Of a stretch of 64,000 bases of DNA, positions 55,464 to 64,000 are shown in pieces. The notes beneath the pieces are model-generated. The model worked only from the letters and a program-made list of their open reading frames with translations, searched no databases and had not been told where the DNA came from. Made by a program: the position numbers and the translations under genes. The stretch is from Gordonibacter sp. (lineage in GTDB: Bacteria; Actinomycetota; Coriobacteriia; Coriobacteriales; Eggerthellaceae), in the NCBI GenBank assembly GCA_034932485.1, contig JAYFOQ010000014.1, positions 33,467 through 97,466 on the forward strand. The letters are read 5' to 3'. The stretch's first letter is position 1. The number at the start of each line of letters is the position of its first letter.

Positions 55464-56825
55464 TTGGAGAAGACGCGAGGTGAGGGGCGTCGCAGGCGAT
55501 TCTTGCTGTCGCCTTTTATTACGTTGATAGCCGGAGTGGTCATTACCGTGTTAATCGCGGGCAATATTGCGTTCCTCGATGCTGAGAACAATAAAATGGT
55601 AGCGTACCGGACGGCGCAAGTATACGGTACCCGTATCGAATCACTGCTTGACAGCCTCTTTCATAAAGCTGATGTGCTTGCATCCGTTATTATTTCCGAT
55701 GAAGGGGTTCTTTCCGAGAAAACTTTCATTGATGTGGCGAAATCTCTTATGGTTGGAGAAGGTATTCGTGCGATTCAGTATCAACCAGGTGGGACGGTTC
55801 AATATGTTTACCCTTTAAAAGGTAACGAGAACACGTTGAATACCAATATATTCGATAGTCCAACACGCCGTGACGACGCTCTGATGGCAGTCGAGACGAA
55901 GCAGATTGAGCTTTCGGGCCCTTATGAACTCAAGCAAGGTGGCCTAGGAATGGTTGCTCGCGATCCCGTTTATATGACACGCGATAATGGGCAAGAGGAA
56001 TTTTGGGGTTTTGCTACTATTGTTCTCGATCTTCCTCAGGCGCTTAACCCTGTCATGCTGCACGATTTGGAGAAGGATGGCTATCGCTACGAACTATTGT
56101 CAACGTCTGAATCGGGCGAATTACTGAGGGTTGCCTCTTCCGAACAGCTGCCTAGTGACGATGCTGTATCATGCCAAATTTCTGTTTCCGGCGATGAATG
56201 GATTCTGAAGCTTGTCCCCAGTTATGGCTGGGTACAAACGATTCCCTTAGTTGTTATAGCGGCGGTGGGAATAGTTATAAGTTTGCTACTTGCTGTTGTT
56301 GTTCGTTTGGTTCTGACGCGTCGACTCATATTGCACAAGCTTGCTACTACCGATGAGCTAACTGGTTTACATAATCGTCGCTGGTTTTCCCAAAAAATAG
56401 AAAGCTGGTGTGTTGCTGCAGGCAAGACATCTTTCTCAGTGTTCTTCCTAGATCTCGACGGATTTAAGACTGTAAATGATACTATGGGTCATCAATGTGG
56501 AGACGAGCTACTGAGGAAGATTGCAGCGCGACTTGTTGATGTTTGTGGCAAAAACGATGTTTTGGCACGCCTGGGTGGCGATGAGTTTGTGGTTGCCCGG
56601 TACGGCATCGATCGCGAAGAGACTCGGGCTTTTGCTGAAGAGTTGTATCAAGCAGTCGCTCGACCAGTTATTGCGTGCGATCATGAATGGACGGTAGTTG
56701 TTAGCATAGGCAGTGCCCTGTTTCCTGAAGACGGAACTAGCTATGAGGCTTTGATGCACGTGGCTGATAAGGGTATGTATCGCCAAAAACAATCTGAAGA
56801 AGTTGCTTGTCATGCTGAGTGTTAG
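55464..56825 (+). CDS. CHASE-sensor diguanylate cyclase
   Basis: TM-sensor-TM (SGPYELKQGG); DELTGLHNRR, DLDGFKTVNDTMGH, intact GGDEF; no RxxD I-site. Confidence 0.9.
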   Translation: MEKTRGEGRRRRFLLSPFITLIAGVVITVLIAGNIAFLDAENNKMVAYRTAQVYGTRIESLLDSLFHKADVLASVIISDEGVLSEKTFIDVAKSLMVGEGIRAIQYQPGGTVQYVYPLKGNENTLNTNIFDSPTRRDDALMAVETKQIELSGPYELKQGGLGMVARDPVYMTRDNGQEEFWGFATIVLDLPQALNPVMLHDLEKDGYRYELLSTSESGELLRVASSEQLPSDDAVSCQISVSGDEWILKLVPSYGWVQTIPLVVIAAVGIVISLLLAVVVRLVLTRRLILHKLATTDELTGLHNRRWFSQKIESWCVAAGKTSFSVFFLDLDGFKTVNDTMGHQCGDELLRKIAARLVDVCGKNDVLARLGGDEFVVARYGIDREETRAFAEELYQAVARPVIACDHEWTVVVSIGSALFPEDGTSYEALMHVADKGMYRQKQSEEVACHAEC

Positions 56826-57153
56826 CTTATAGTGACCATATTCTTAGTGGGACAGTTAACTTGCCTATTTTGCGGATGTATCAGTGCATACGTTTTTGGC
56901 AGTATAGCGGGGTGTATTTGATTCTTCGGTATCACCCTCTATAACGAAACGACAACATACTTCCGTCGTCTACCCAACAAGATGCTTTGCTGTTGTCTGC
57001 CCGAGGGAAAATATCATCGACTTGCTTCGGCATTCTGCTTTGAGTTATGGCGCTTGTCTATAAATGGTGCTAAACTTGTATCAAATAAGCTGGAAGCTTA
57101 GGGAAATGGAGCATCCGGCGGTAAAAGCCAAGTCGAGAAAAAGGGGGTGTGCG

Positions 57154-58644
57154 ATGGATATCTTTTCCGATGCAGTGCTATTGTCCCGATTGCAATTTGC
57201 ATTGACCGTGGCCTATCACTTTATTTTTGTGCCGCTTTCTATCGGGTTAGCGCTTATCCTGGCCATCAACGAAACAAAGTATTTCCGCTCGCGTACTGAC
57301 GAAAATGCGGCGGCATCGAAGTTCTGGGTGAAGATCTTCACCGCGACGTTCGTGGTCGGTGTGGCCACGGGCATCACGATGGAGTTCTCCTTTGGAACAA
57401 ACTGGGCAGACTATGCACGCTTTGTTGGAGATATCTTTGGAGCACCACTAGCTGCTGAGGCGCTGTTGGCGTTCTTCCTCGAATCGGTGTTTTTGGGCGT
57501 GTTGCTATTTGGCCGCAAGCGCGTATCGCCGAAGTTCTACTTAGTGTCTGCTTGGCTCGTGTTCTTGGGGTCATGCTTGAGCGCGCTTTGGATTCTTATC
57601 GCAAATTCATGGATGCAGACTCCTGCGGGTGCCGAGTTGGCAGCCGATGGCACAAAAGCGGTTCTTACCGATTTCTTTGCTGCAGCGTTCAATCCGTCGC
57701 TCTATCCGCGTTACACGCATTCTGTCGATGCGGTGCTTATTATGGGTTCATTTGCGGCCATGGCGGTGGCGGCATGGTACCTGCTCAAGGGTAAGCACGT
57801 TGATTTCGCAATGAAGACTATGAAGATTGGCGCAGTAGCAGGTATTATTACCAGCTGCTTGATGATTGTATTTGCACATGCGTCGGCTGTGGTCGTTTCC
57901 GTGGAGCAGCCTACAAAACTAGCCATGATGGAAGGCATGTATGAGACTGAGGTCCCACCGTTATACGCCTTCGGCTGGGTTGATGAGGAAAGCCAAGAGG
58001 TTATTACGCCCTTTGCTATTCCGGGTGGTACCAGCTTCTTGGCTACCGGTACATGGGACACTGAGTATCTTGGCCTGAACCAGCTGGCTGAAACAGAGAA
58101 GTACGGCGACCTTGATCCTGAGACAGCGCCAGTAAACGCTGTATTCCAGAACTATCACATCATGGTAATGATGTACGGTTTAATAATGGTCACGATTATT
58201 CTTGCTCTGGTGTTTACCCTGCGAGGCGGGAAGATTAAGAACATGAAGTGGCTGCAACGATTAGTGCTTATCTCGCCACTCTTTCCGTTTATCGCCATCC
58301 AAACAGGTTGGTTTACCGCTGAACTTGGCCGACAGCCATGGGTTGTATATCCATCCACGTCGGGACCAGAAGGCGTTAGTCTTTTAACCAATGCTGCCAC
58401 CTCACAATCGGTAACGGTACCTGAGCTGGCTATAACTATCGTGCTGTTTGTGGTTGTGTACGTATTCCTATTCGCAGCGTGGGTACGTATCATTGGGCGT
58501 TTTATCAAACAAGGTCCTATAACGGAATCAAAGGAAGCTACCCAATCGGGCGGTGCCGTTACAGCTGCTCCCGTTGCCGATGATGTCGCGTCTTCGGTGT
58601 CTAGGGAAGCACAGTCCTCCGCAAGTCTGAAGGATGGTGAGTAA
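57154..58644 (+). CDS. cydA: Cytochrome bd ubiquinol/menaquinol oxidase subunit I
   Basis: SRLQFALTVAYHF, GITMEFSFGTNW, NSWMQTP, QPTKLA, ELGRQPW; SD AGGGGG. Confidence 0.96.
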   Translation: MDIFSDAVLLSRLQFALTVAYHFIFVPLSIGLALILAINETKYFRSRTDENAAASKFWVKIFTATFVVGVATGITMEFSFGTNWADYARFVGDIFGAPLAAEALLAFFLESVFLGVLLFGRKRVSPKFYLVSAWLVFLGSCLSALWILIANSWMQTPAGAELAADGTKAVLTDFFAAAFNPSLYPRYTHSVDAVLIMGSFAAMAVAAWYLLKGKHVDFAMKTMKIGAVAGIITSCLMIVFAHASAVVVSVEQPTKLAMMEGMYETEVPPLYAFGWVDEESQEVITPFAIPGGTSFLATGTWDTEYLGLNQLAETEKYGDLDPETAPVNAVFQNYHIMVMMYGLIMVTIILALVFTLRGGKIKNMKWLQRLVLISPLFPFIAIQTGWFTAELGRQPWVVYPSTSGPEGVSLLTNAATSQSVTVPELAITIVLFVVVYVFLFAAWVRIIGRFIKQGPITESKEATQSGGAVTAAPVADDVASSVSREAQSSASLKDGE

Positions 58645-58646
58645 TC

Positions 58647-59684
58647 ATGGAAATGACCTTTCTTTCAGTGCTGTGGTTCTTCCTGATTTTCGTGCTTATT
58701 GCTGGCTATTTCGTGTTGGATGGGTTTGATTTGGGTGCAGGTGTTCTGTATCCCTTTATTGCCAAGAACGACCACGACAAGTCTGTGGTTCGTCGCAGCA
58801 TTGGCCCTGTGTGGGATGGCAATGAAGTGTGGTTGCTTACGGCGGGTGGTGCGTTATTTGCGGCCTTTGCTCCGGCGTATGCCACGACATTTTCTGGGTT
58901 CTATCTGGCTATTATGTTGGTGCTGTTCGGTTTGATCGTGCGTGCTGTGTCGATAGAATTTCGAGGCCATGACCCCAAGTGGGGAAAAGTATGGGACGGT
59001 TGTTTCTTCGTGGGTTCGCTGTTGCCAGCTTTGCTTACGGGCGTTGCTGTAGGAAATATCTATGCAGGTATTCCCATGGATGCGGCAGGTAACTACATTG
59101 GTTTACCCTTGATCGGTCTCATCACGCCTTTCACGCTGTTATGTGGTCTTTTGGGTTTGGCTATGTTCATGGCAGCCGGTGCTGCATGGGTTTCACTCAA
59201 AGCCCCAAAGCCTTCTGATATGCAGGCGAAGGCCATGCGTTTGCGCCTGCCGCTACAGGTTATTGCACTGGTTTTGTTTGTTGCGGTTTCGATATATGGT
59301 CATTTCATTATTCAGCCCGATATGGCACCTGTACTAGAAATTGCTCGCTGGCTTTTTGCGCTTCTATTTGTTGCTGGCATCGTTGTTTCTCTGGTAATGG
59401 GCAAGAAGAAGGACTGCGATCTGGGTGCGTTTCTTGGTCAGTCGGTGTCGGCAGGATGTTTAGTGCTGCTATTGGCGGCATCAATGTTCCCGAATTTAGT
59501 GGTAGCGTCTGCTGATAGCATTGGTCCCAATATCACGCTGATGAGCGCTGCTTCGTCTGAATTGGCGCTTGGATGGATGCTTGGCATTACCTGTGTCGGT
59601 CTGCCCCTTGTGCTTGTTTATCATGTGATTATCTACCGCACATTCCGTGGTCGGGTAACCGATGAAGATTTAGGGCATTACTAA
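58647..59684 (+). CDS. cydB: Cytochrome bd oxidase subunit II
   Basis: LDGFDLGAG, IGPVWDGNEVWL, RAVSIEFR. Confidence 0.96.
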   Translation: MEMTFLSVLWFFLIFVLIAGYFVLDGFDLGAGVLYPFIAKNDHDKSVVRRSIGPVWDGNEVWLLTAGGALFAAFAPAYATTFSGFYLAIMLVLFGLIVRAVSIEFRGHDPKWGKVWDGCFFVGSLLPALLTGVAVGNIYAGIPMDAAGNYIGLPLIGLITPFTLLCGLLGLAMFMAAGAAWVSLKAPKPSDMQAKAMRLRLPLQVIALVLFVAVSIYGHFIIQPDMAPVLEIARWLFALLFVAGIVVSLVMGKKKDCDLGAFLGQSVSAGCLVLLLAASMFPNLVVASADSIGPNITLMSAASSELALGWMLGITCVGLPLVLVYHVIIYRTFRGRVTDEDLGHY

Positions 59685-59696
59685 GATTCCAAAAAA

Positions 59697-59739
59697 GATG
59701 AAACAAAGCCGGCCCGATTCGGGCCGGCTTTGTTTCATC
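59697..59739. terminator. Bidirectional terminator, 20-bp perfect IR
   Basis: GATGAAACAAAGCCGGCCCG-ATT-CGGGCCGGCTTTGTTTCATC. Confidence 0.88.
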
Positions 59740-59753
59740 CACTTCAAAAACTG

Positions 59754-60197
59754 CTACGCCAAGCGCTGACCTAACTCTTTTGCTGCGGCTGCTTTGTCAA
59801 AGTTGCCAGCGGTCTTTTGAGTGAGAGAGCCCATAACTCGTCCCATATCTTTTTTAGTGGTAGCGCCGGTTTCGGTCAGTACCTCGATAATAAGCGAAAC
59901 CAATTCATCACCGGAGACTTGTTGGGGCAGATACTCTTCTAGGATAGCTACTTGCTCGGTGAGGATATCGGTGCGAGCCTGATCGTTGTTTGCTTTGATA
60001 GAGCCGTCCAGTGTCTCCCGCGTCTGCTTGATCAGACGCTTTAACATGGCGTCGACATCGGCCTCCGTAATGTCGCGACGTTCATTTACCTCGATATTTT
60101 TGATCTCGCCATGTACCTGTCGCAAGATGGAGAGCCGAGACTTATCTTGGGCCTTCATTGCAGCCTTAATGGCATCTTTCAGTTCGTCGTAGGTCAT
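59754..60197 (-). CDS. GatB/YqeY domain protein
   Basis: ELKDAIKAAMKAQD, IKNIEV, YLPQQ, KKDMGRVMG; SD GAAAGG before ATG 60197. Confidence 0.9.
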   Translation of the reverse strand: MTYDELKDAIKAAMKAQDKSRLSILRQVHGEIKNIEVNERRDITEADVDAMLKRLIKQTRETLDGSIKANNDQARTDILTEQVAILEEYLPQQVSGDELVSLIIEVLTETGATTKKDMGRVMGSLTQKTAGNFDKAAAAKELGQRLA

Positions 60198-60398
60198 AGA
60201 AAAGCCTTTCGTTGCGAGGGTTCTTTGTGACTGAGTATAGCGCACTGAACGCAAGATGCGAAAAGTATGCCTGAACGTTTCGTGCGAAGTGTTCAGACGC
60301 GCAGCAATAGCACGCAGTAACAGTTTGCGGCAATTCGTTTGGAATTGAACAAGTAATCGATTTAATTTTTTCGTTAATGATTTTTTGGCTTTACTGCA

Positions 60399-61094
60399 CT
60401 ATGAAAGACTATGGCTTGTTGTGGGAGGTTGTGATTTTGCGGGTAATAGATTGGGTAGCTGTGACACAACGATGCCGGTCAAGATGACAGCTACGCCCAC
60501 AAACTGCATGATGTCTATGTACTCTCCGAGAATGGCTATCGATAGGGCGATGCCGCAAGGAAGCTCTGAAGCGGCCATAATGGTGGCAATTCCGGTTGGA
60601 AGGTGGGGTGTGGCGATGCCGAAAAAAATTACAGGTAAAAATAGAGCGCAAAGCCCCAGCGTTAGACCATAGGTACCTATTCCAGCTTGGAGTACGCCGC
60701 TGGAAAAGTAGGTGGGACATGGGGACGGCGGCGCGTAGCTATTACTTGAACTACCATGCCCATCCAGGTGAACTGGAATAAAAGTGTGACAGCTACAGGA
60801 ATCGACAGTAGGGCGAGAGCGTAGTTGTGCGGTATCGTGCCGATACCTGTGTTGAGTCCTAAGCCCTCAGGGCAAGCACTTGGCGCGGCGCAAGTCGAGT
60901 CGCCTTTTTTCCGTACATGCGGGACAAGGCTATGCCCCGGCGAATAGAAAGAGGGCGAACAGCGCCTAGCTGGCTACGACTTGCGTCCAGGTGAAGCCAG
61001 CTCCGTAGGTTACCTTTACGGTAGTTGCTTGCGCACCGTAGCTCGCACCAGCTAAGAATACTAAAGCAGAGTATTTTAAAGAGTTCTTCTGCAT
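60399..61094 (-). pseudogene. Decayed EamA/DMT family transporter
   Basis: MQKNSLKYSALVFLAGASYG...VVAS*; after frameshifts PVAVTLLFQFTWMG...RRRPH; then ATIMAASELPCGIALS...LGE; in-frame stops, frameshifts and a missing middle section. Confidence 0.85.
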
Positions 61095-61579
61095 GTATCT
61101 ATTCTAGCCTATGCAGGCGTGCTTGGTTGTCCGCTCGCCGTTGTAAGGTTTTGCAAGATGGCATTACGCTGTCCTACCTCGATGGAGGTCAGGTAAGCAT
61201 GTTCTGTCGATCGTTAAGAGGAGGGATTCTATCTCACAAGCTACGCGGTAGCGATGATCCGTTGGGGTCTCAATGGCTACGAGTGAAATGTCTTGAGACC
61301 AGTTTTACGAAAACTGAGAATGAATGCAAAAAAGAAGGAGTCTAATGCGAGTTAAGTTTTCCGGGAAAGAGAAGACAGACCTATGCTGGCATAGTAGTCT
61401 TTTGGGCTGCTCATATACTCAGTGAAGAAATTCCACTTACAGACGTTTTTCTGAGCTTTTTATAAGCAAAGGATTTCTATCGCTTCTGTTTTTTAGTACA
61501 AAGTAAATGATAAAACGTTTTGAGCGGATCAGGATTAGTTGCCTGTACAGGGAAGTGCTTATAGGGAAGGCACATGTAG

Positions 61580-63853
61580 ATGAACAAGAAGAGGTCGGCC
61601 TTAATAACTGCGCTGGGAGTAGTGGTGTTTAGCGTAGTTGTTATTACAGGGTCGATCAATTTTCTTCTTAGCAATGAGCGCGACCTAAATGCCCAGAATA
61701 CGCAGTATCTGAAAGAAATATCTCAACAGAATGCGAAGTCGGTGCAAACGCTCGTGGGTAAGGATTTAGATAACTTGCGCCAAATTGCATGCCTCATTGG
61801 AGGAGATGAGGATTTTAGTACAGAACAAGTCATGTCTGAGCTTATGCGTATACAAGAAAACACCTATTACAAAAGAATGGGTTACATACTTCCAGATGGA
61901 GAAGCGTTAACCACCGATAAAAATACAACTGCATTCGATGCTTCCGATCGGGAGTATTATCAGCTTGCCATGATGGGTGTATCTAATGCATCGAACAAAC
62001 TTGCCGATAGGGTTGATAACTCCAGCGACCCTATCAATGTGTATGCAGTTCCTCTTTATCACGATGATGTACTGCAAGGGGTTCTGTTTGCTACGAACAA
62101 CACGAAACGATATGCGGATTCACTTGCGATTGAAATTTTCGGTGGTGAAGGATTCTCCTATATTGTTGAGGCTAATGGAAATCCGGTTGTTTTTTCTGAG
62201 GAGGCGAGCGCCCGAGGTGAATTCGATAATCTTTACGAAGAGATTGCAAGCAGTGGTATTAGCGATCAATCACTGAGCGACATGAAAGATACTATTGATC
62301 GTGGCGAAACGGGCATCATTGAGTACACGAGAAACGATGTGCCTCGCATTGCAGCGTACAGTAAGGTAGACGTTAATGACTGGTATGTGATCTCGGTAGT
62401 TCCAGAGTCGGTAATCTACGCCATGACAAACGAGTTAATCTTCCGCAATATTGTCGCGGTTGTCGTGACCATTCTGATGTCTGGTGCTTTCATTTTACTT
62501 ATTGCCTACCAAGGAAAAAGTAACCGAAAAAGACTAGAAACCATGGCGTATGTGGATAAGCTAACCGGCGGTAATAATTACAACCGATTTTTGATGATGT
62601 CAAACGAATTGCTAAGCAAGCATCGAAGCGATTCTTTGTATGTGGTCACGGTTGATATTGATAATCTGCGACTGATCAACGACATGTATGGTTTCAAAGA
62701 GGGCGATGCTGTGTTGTGCGCTATGGATGAAGCCTTGCGGGCAGTGATTGTAAAGAATGATATTTGCGGCAGAATTTCCAACGATTCTTTCGTCTTGTTA
62801 GTGCATGGAGAAAATGACGAGAGCATTCTTGAGCTTGATGAGCGTTTCAAAGCCACCTTCCAAGAACTTATGGATAAAGAAAAAAGAATCTGCTCTGTTA
62901 CTTTTACCGCGGGTGTGTATAGGGTGACACCTGAAGACAAAGACATTTCCAAGATGGTAGACAAAGCGGTTATGGCGCATCATCATGCAAAGAAGTATCA
63001 GACGCATAAAAATATAGCATTTTACACCGATAAAATTCGCGACGATGCCGTGAAGATAAAGGCTATTGAGGACTCGATGTATAAGGCATTATCATCGAAT
63101 GAGTTTCTCGTGTATCTTCAACCCAAATTTGTATTACAAGATGAATCCATCGGAGGTATGGAGGCCCTTGTGCGCTGGAGGACAAGCACAGGGGAGTTCA
63201 TGTATCCGAACGACTTCATACCTGTTTTCGAACAGAATGGCTTTATCGTCAAATTAGATTGGTATATGCTCGAAAATGCCTGTCGTATTGTGTCCGAATG
63301 GATAACGGCGGGAATTACGCCAGTCTCTGTATCGGTAAATTTTTCAAGAGCACACCTGCACAATAATGCGTTTGTGTCTGAATTGTGTGAGGTTGTAGAT
63401 AGTTTTGGTATCGATCATAGTTGGATTGAAATTGAGCTTACCGAGACCGCTATTTATGATAACTGCGAGACATTGCGGGGAATTCTCTCGGAATTACATC
63501 AAGCTGGCTTCACTATGTCAATGGATGATTTTGGCAGTGGTTATTCGTCGCTAGGTCTTCTTAAAGACTTGCCGATAGATGTAATTAAGATAGACCGAAG
63601 CTTTTTCGCTGTACAAAAAGGTGAACAGCGTTCGAAGGTTGTGGTTGGCAGCATGATTGAGATGGCGAAAAAACTCGGTATTCATACGGTCGCGGAAGGT
63701 GTTGAAGAACGTTCGAGTATCGACCTTTTGCTTGAATTGAACTGTGATATGGTTCAAGGGTATTACTACGCAAAACCTCTGCCGGAAAAAGAGGGCACTG
63801 CTTTATTAGTGCATACCAACAAGGCCTCCTTAAGCAACGAGCCGCACTCCTGA
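61580..63853 (+). CDS. Membrane Cache-sensor GGDEF(degenerate)-EAL protein, probable c-di-GMP phosphodiesterase
   Basis: TM-sensor-TM; DKLTGGNN; SNDSF in place of GGDEF; EALVRW, ELTE, DDFGSGYSS, KIDRSF, AEGVE, QGYYY. Confidence 0.9.
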   Translation: MNKKRSALITALGVVVFSVVVITGSINFLLSNERDLNAQNTQYLKEISQQNAKSVQTLVGKDLDNLRQIACLIGGDEDFSTEQVMSELMRIQENTYYKRMGYILPDGEALTTDKNTTAFDASDREYYQLAMMGVSNASNKLADRVDNSSDPINVYAVPLYHDDVLQGVLFATNNTKRYADSLAIEIFGGEGFSYIVEANGNPVVFSEEASARGEFDNLYEEIASSGISDQSLSDMKDTIDRGETGIIEYTRNDVPRIAAYSKVDVNDWYVISVVPESVIYAMTNELIFRNIVAVVVTILMSGAFILLIAYQGKSNRKRLETMAYVDKLTGGNNYNRFLMMSNELLSKHRSDSLYVVTVDIDNLRLINDMYGFKEGDAVLCAMDEALRAVIVKNDICGRISNDSFVLLVHGENDESILELDERFKATFQELMDKEKRICSVTFTAGVYRVTPEDKDISKMVDKAVMAHHHAKKYQTHKNIAFYTDKIRDDAVKIKAIEDSMYKALSSNEFLVYLQPKFVLQDESIGGMEALVRWRTSTGEFMYPNDFIPVFEQNGFIVKLDWYMLENACRIVSEWITAGITPVSVSVNFSRAHLHNNAFVSELCEVVDSFGIDHSWIEIELTETAIYDNCETLRGILSELHQAGFTMSMDDFGSGYSSLGLLKDLPIDVIKIDRSFFAVQKGEQRSKVVVGSMIEMAKKLGIHTVAEGVEERSSIDLLLELNCDMVQGYYYAKPLPEKEGTALLVHTNKASLSNEPHS

Positions 63854-64000
63854 GTGCATAGCTTTTCGTGGCGGCGTGGGGGTAGGATCTGCTTGTCTTA
63901 AGACGGTGTCTCGGAAAACGGAAACACCCTTGGTTGAGGAAGCTCCCTGTAATTATGAGTTCATTGGTCTTCATTATTGCTGCGAGGACTATTTTCGGTA

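Noticed and set aside
60385-60781. Track ORFs 60385-60672 (+), 60409-60720 (-), 60596-60781 (+)
   Set aside because: Artefacts of other frames and the antisense strand of the EamA pseudogene
61095-61579. c-di-GMP-I riboswitch upstream of the EAL gene
   Set aside because: No GGCAAAC...GAAA...GACGCAAAGC pattern
1-64000. CRISPR array, prophage, integrase or transposase
   Set aside because: No regularly spaced repeats and no ORF with recombinase, DDE or phage motifs were seen
1-64000. Selenocysteine (in-frame TGA) recoding
   Set aside because: No recognised gene is interrupted by TGA at a catalytic Cys position; the only internal stops are in the pseudogenes

Overview
A 64 kb chromosomal segment, most likely from an Eggerthellaceae (Coriobacteriia) anaerobe. 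The assignment rests on the 12-TM LuxR regulators paired with Tat-exported flavocytochrome-c reductases and on overall gene content; GC is roughly 50%. Most genes are on the + strand. Housekeeping genes: trkH, rsgA, tadA, ispE, lemA, pdxK, serS, pepV, pgi-like, class I aldolase, hypFCD, cydAB and four class II tRNAs (Ser-TGA, Ser-GCT, Leu-CAG, Leu-CAA). Accessory genes: two LuxR/flavin-reductase modules (one with urocanate-reductase-type active-site residues), O2/NO defence genes (hcp, katA, a Tat-lipoprotein rubrerythrin, cytochrome bd), three c-di-GMP enzymes, two Hanks kinases, a hybrid His kinase, and a hydantoinase/nitrilase/NCS1 cluster. There are two disrupted genes (VTT/DedA frameshift; decayed EamA). 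I found no integrase, transposase, prophage or CRISPR array. The best candidate for an undescribed system is a stand-alone cyanophycin-synthetase N-domain-like metallohydrolase beside a PLP aminotransferase and an ATP-grasp ligase with a non-canonical omega loop. Other highlights: an exported rubrerythrin, a probable CTG start for rsgA, a -41.5 Crp/Fnr-type site at hcp, a shared Fur/PerR-like box at katA and rbr, a switch-like leader on the NCS1 permease, and a DR-flanked hairpin next to tRNA-Leu. All calls come from reading the sequence by eye; no searches were run.
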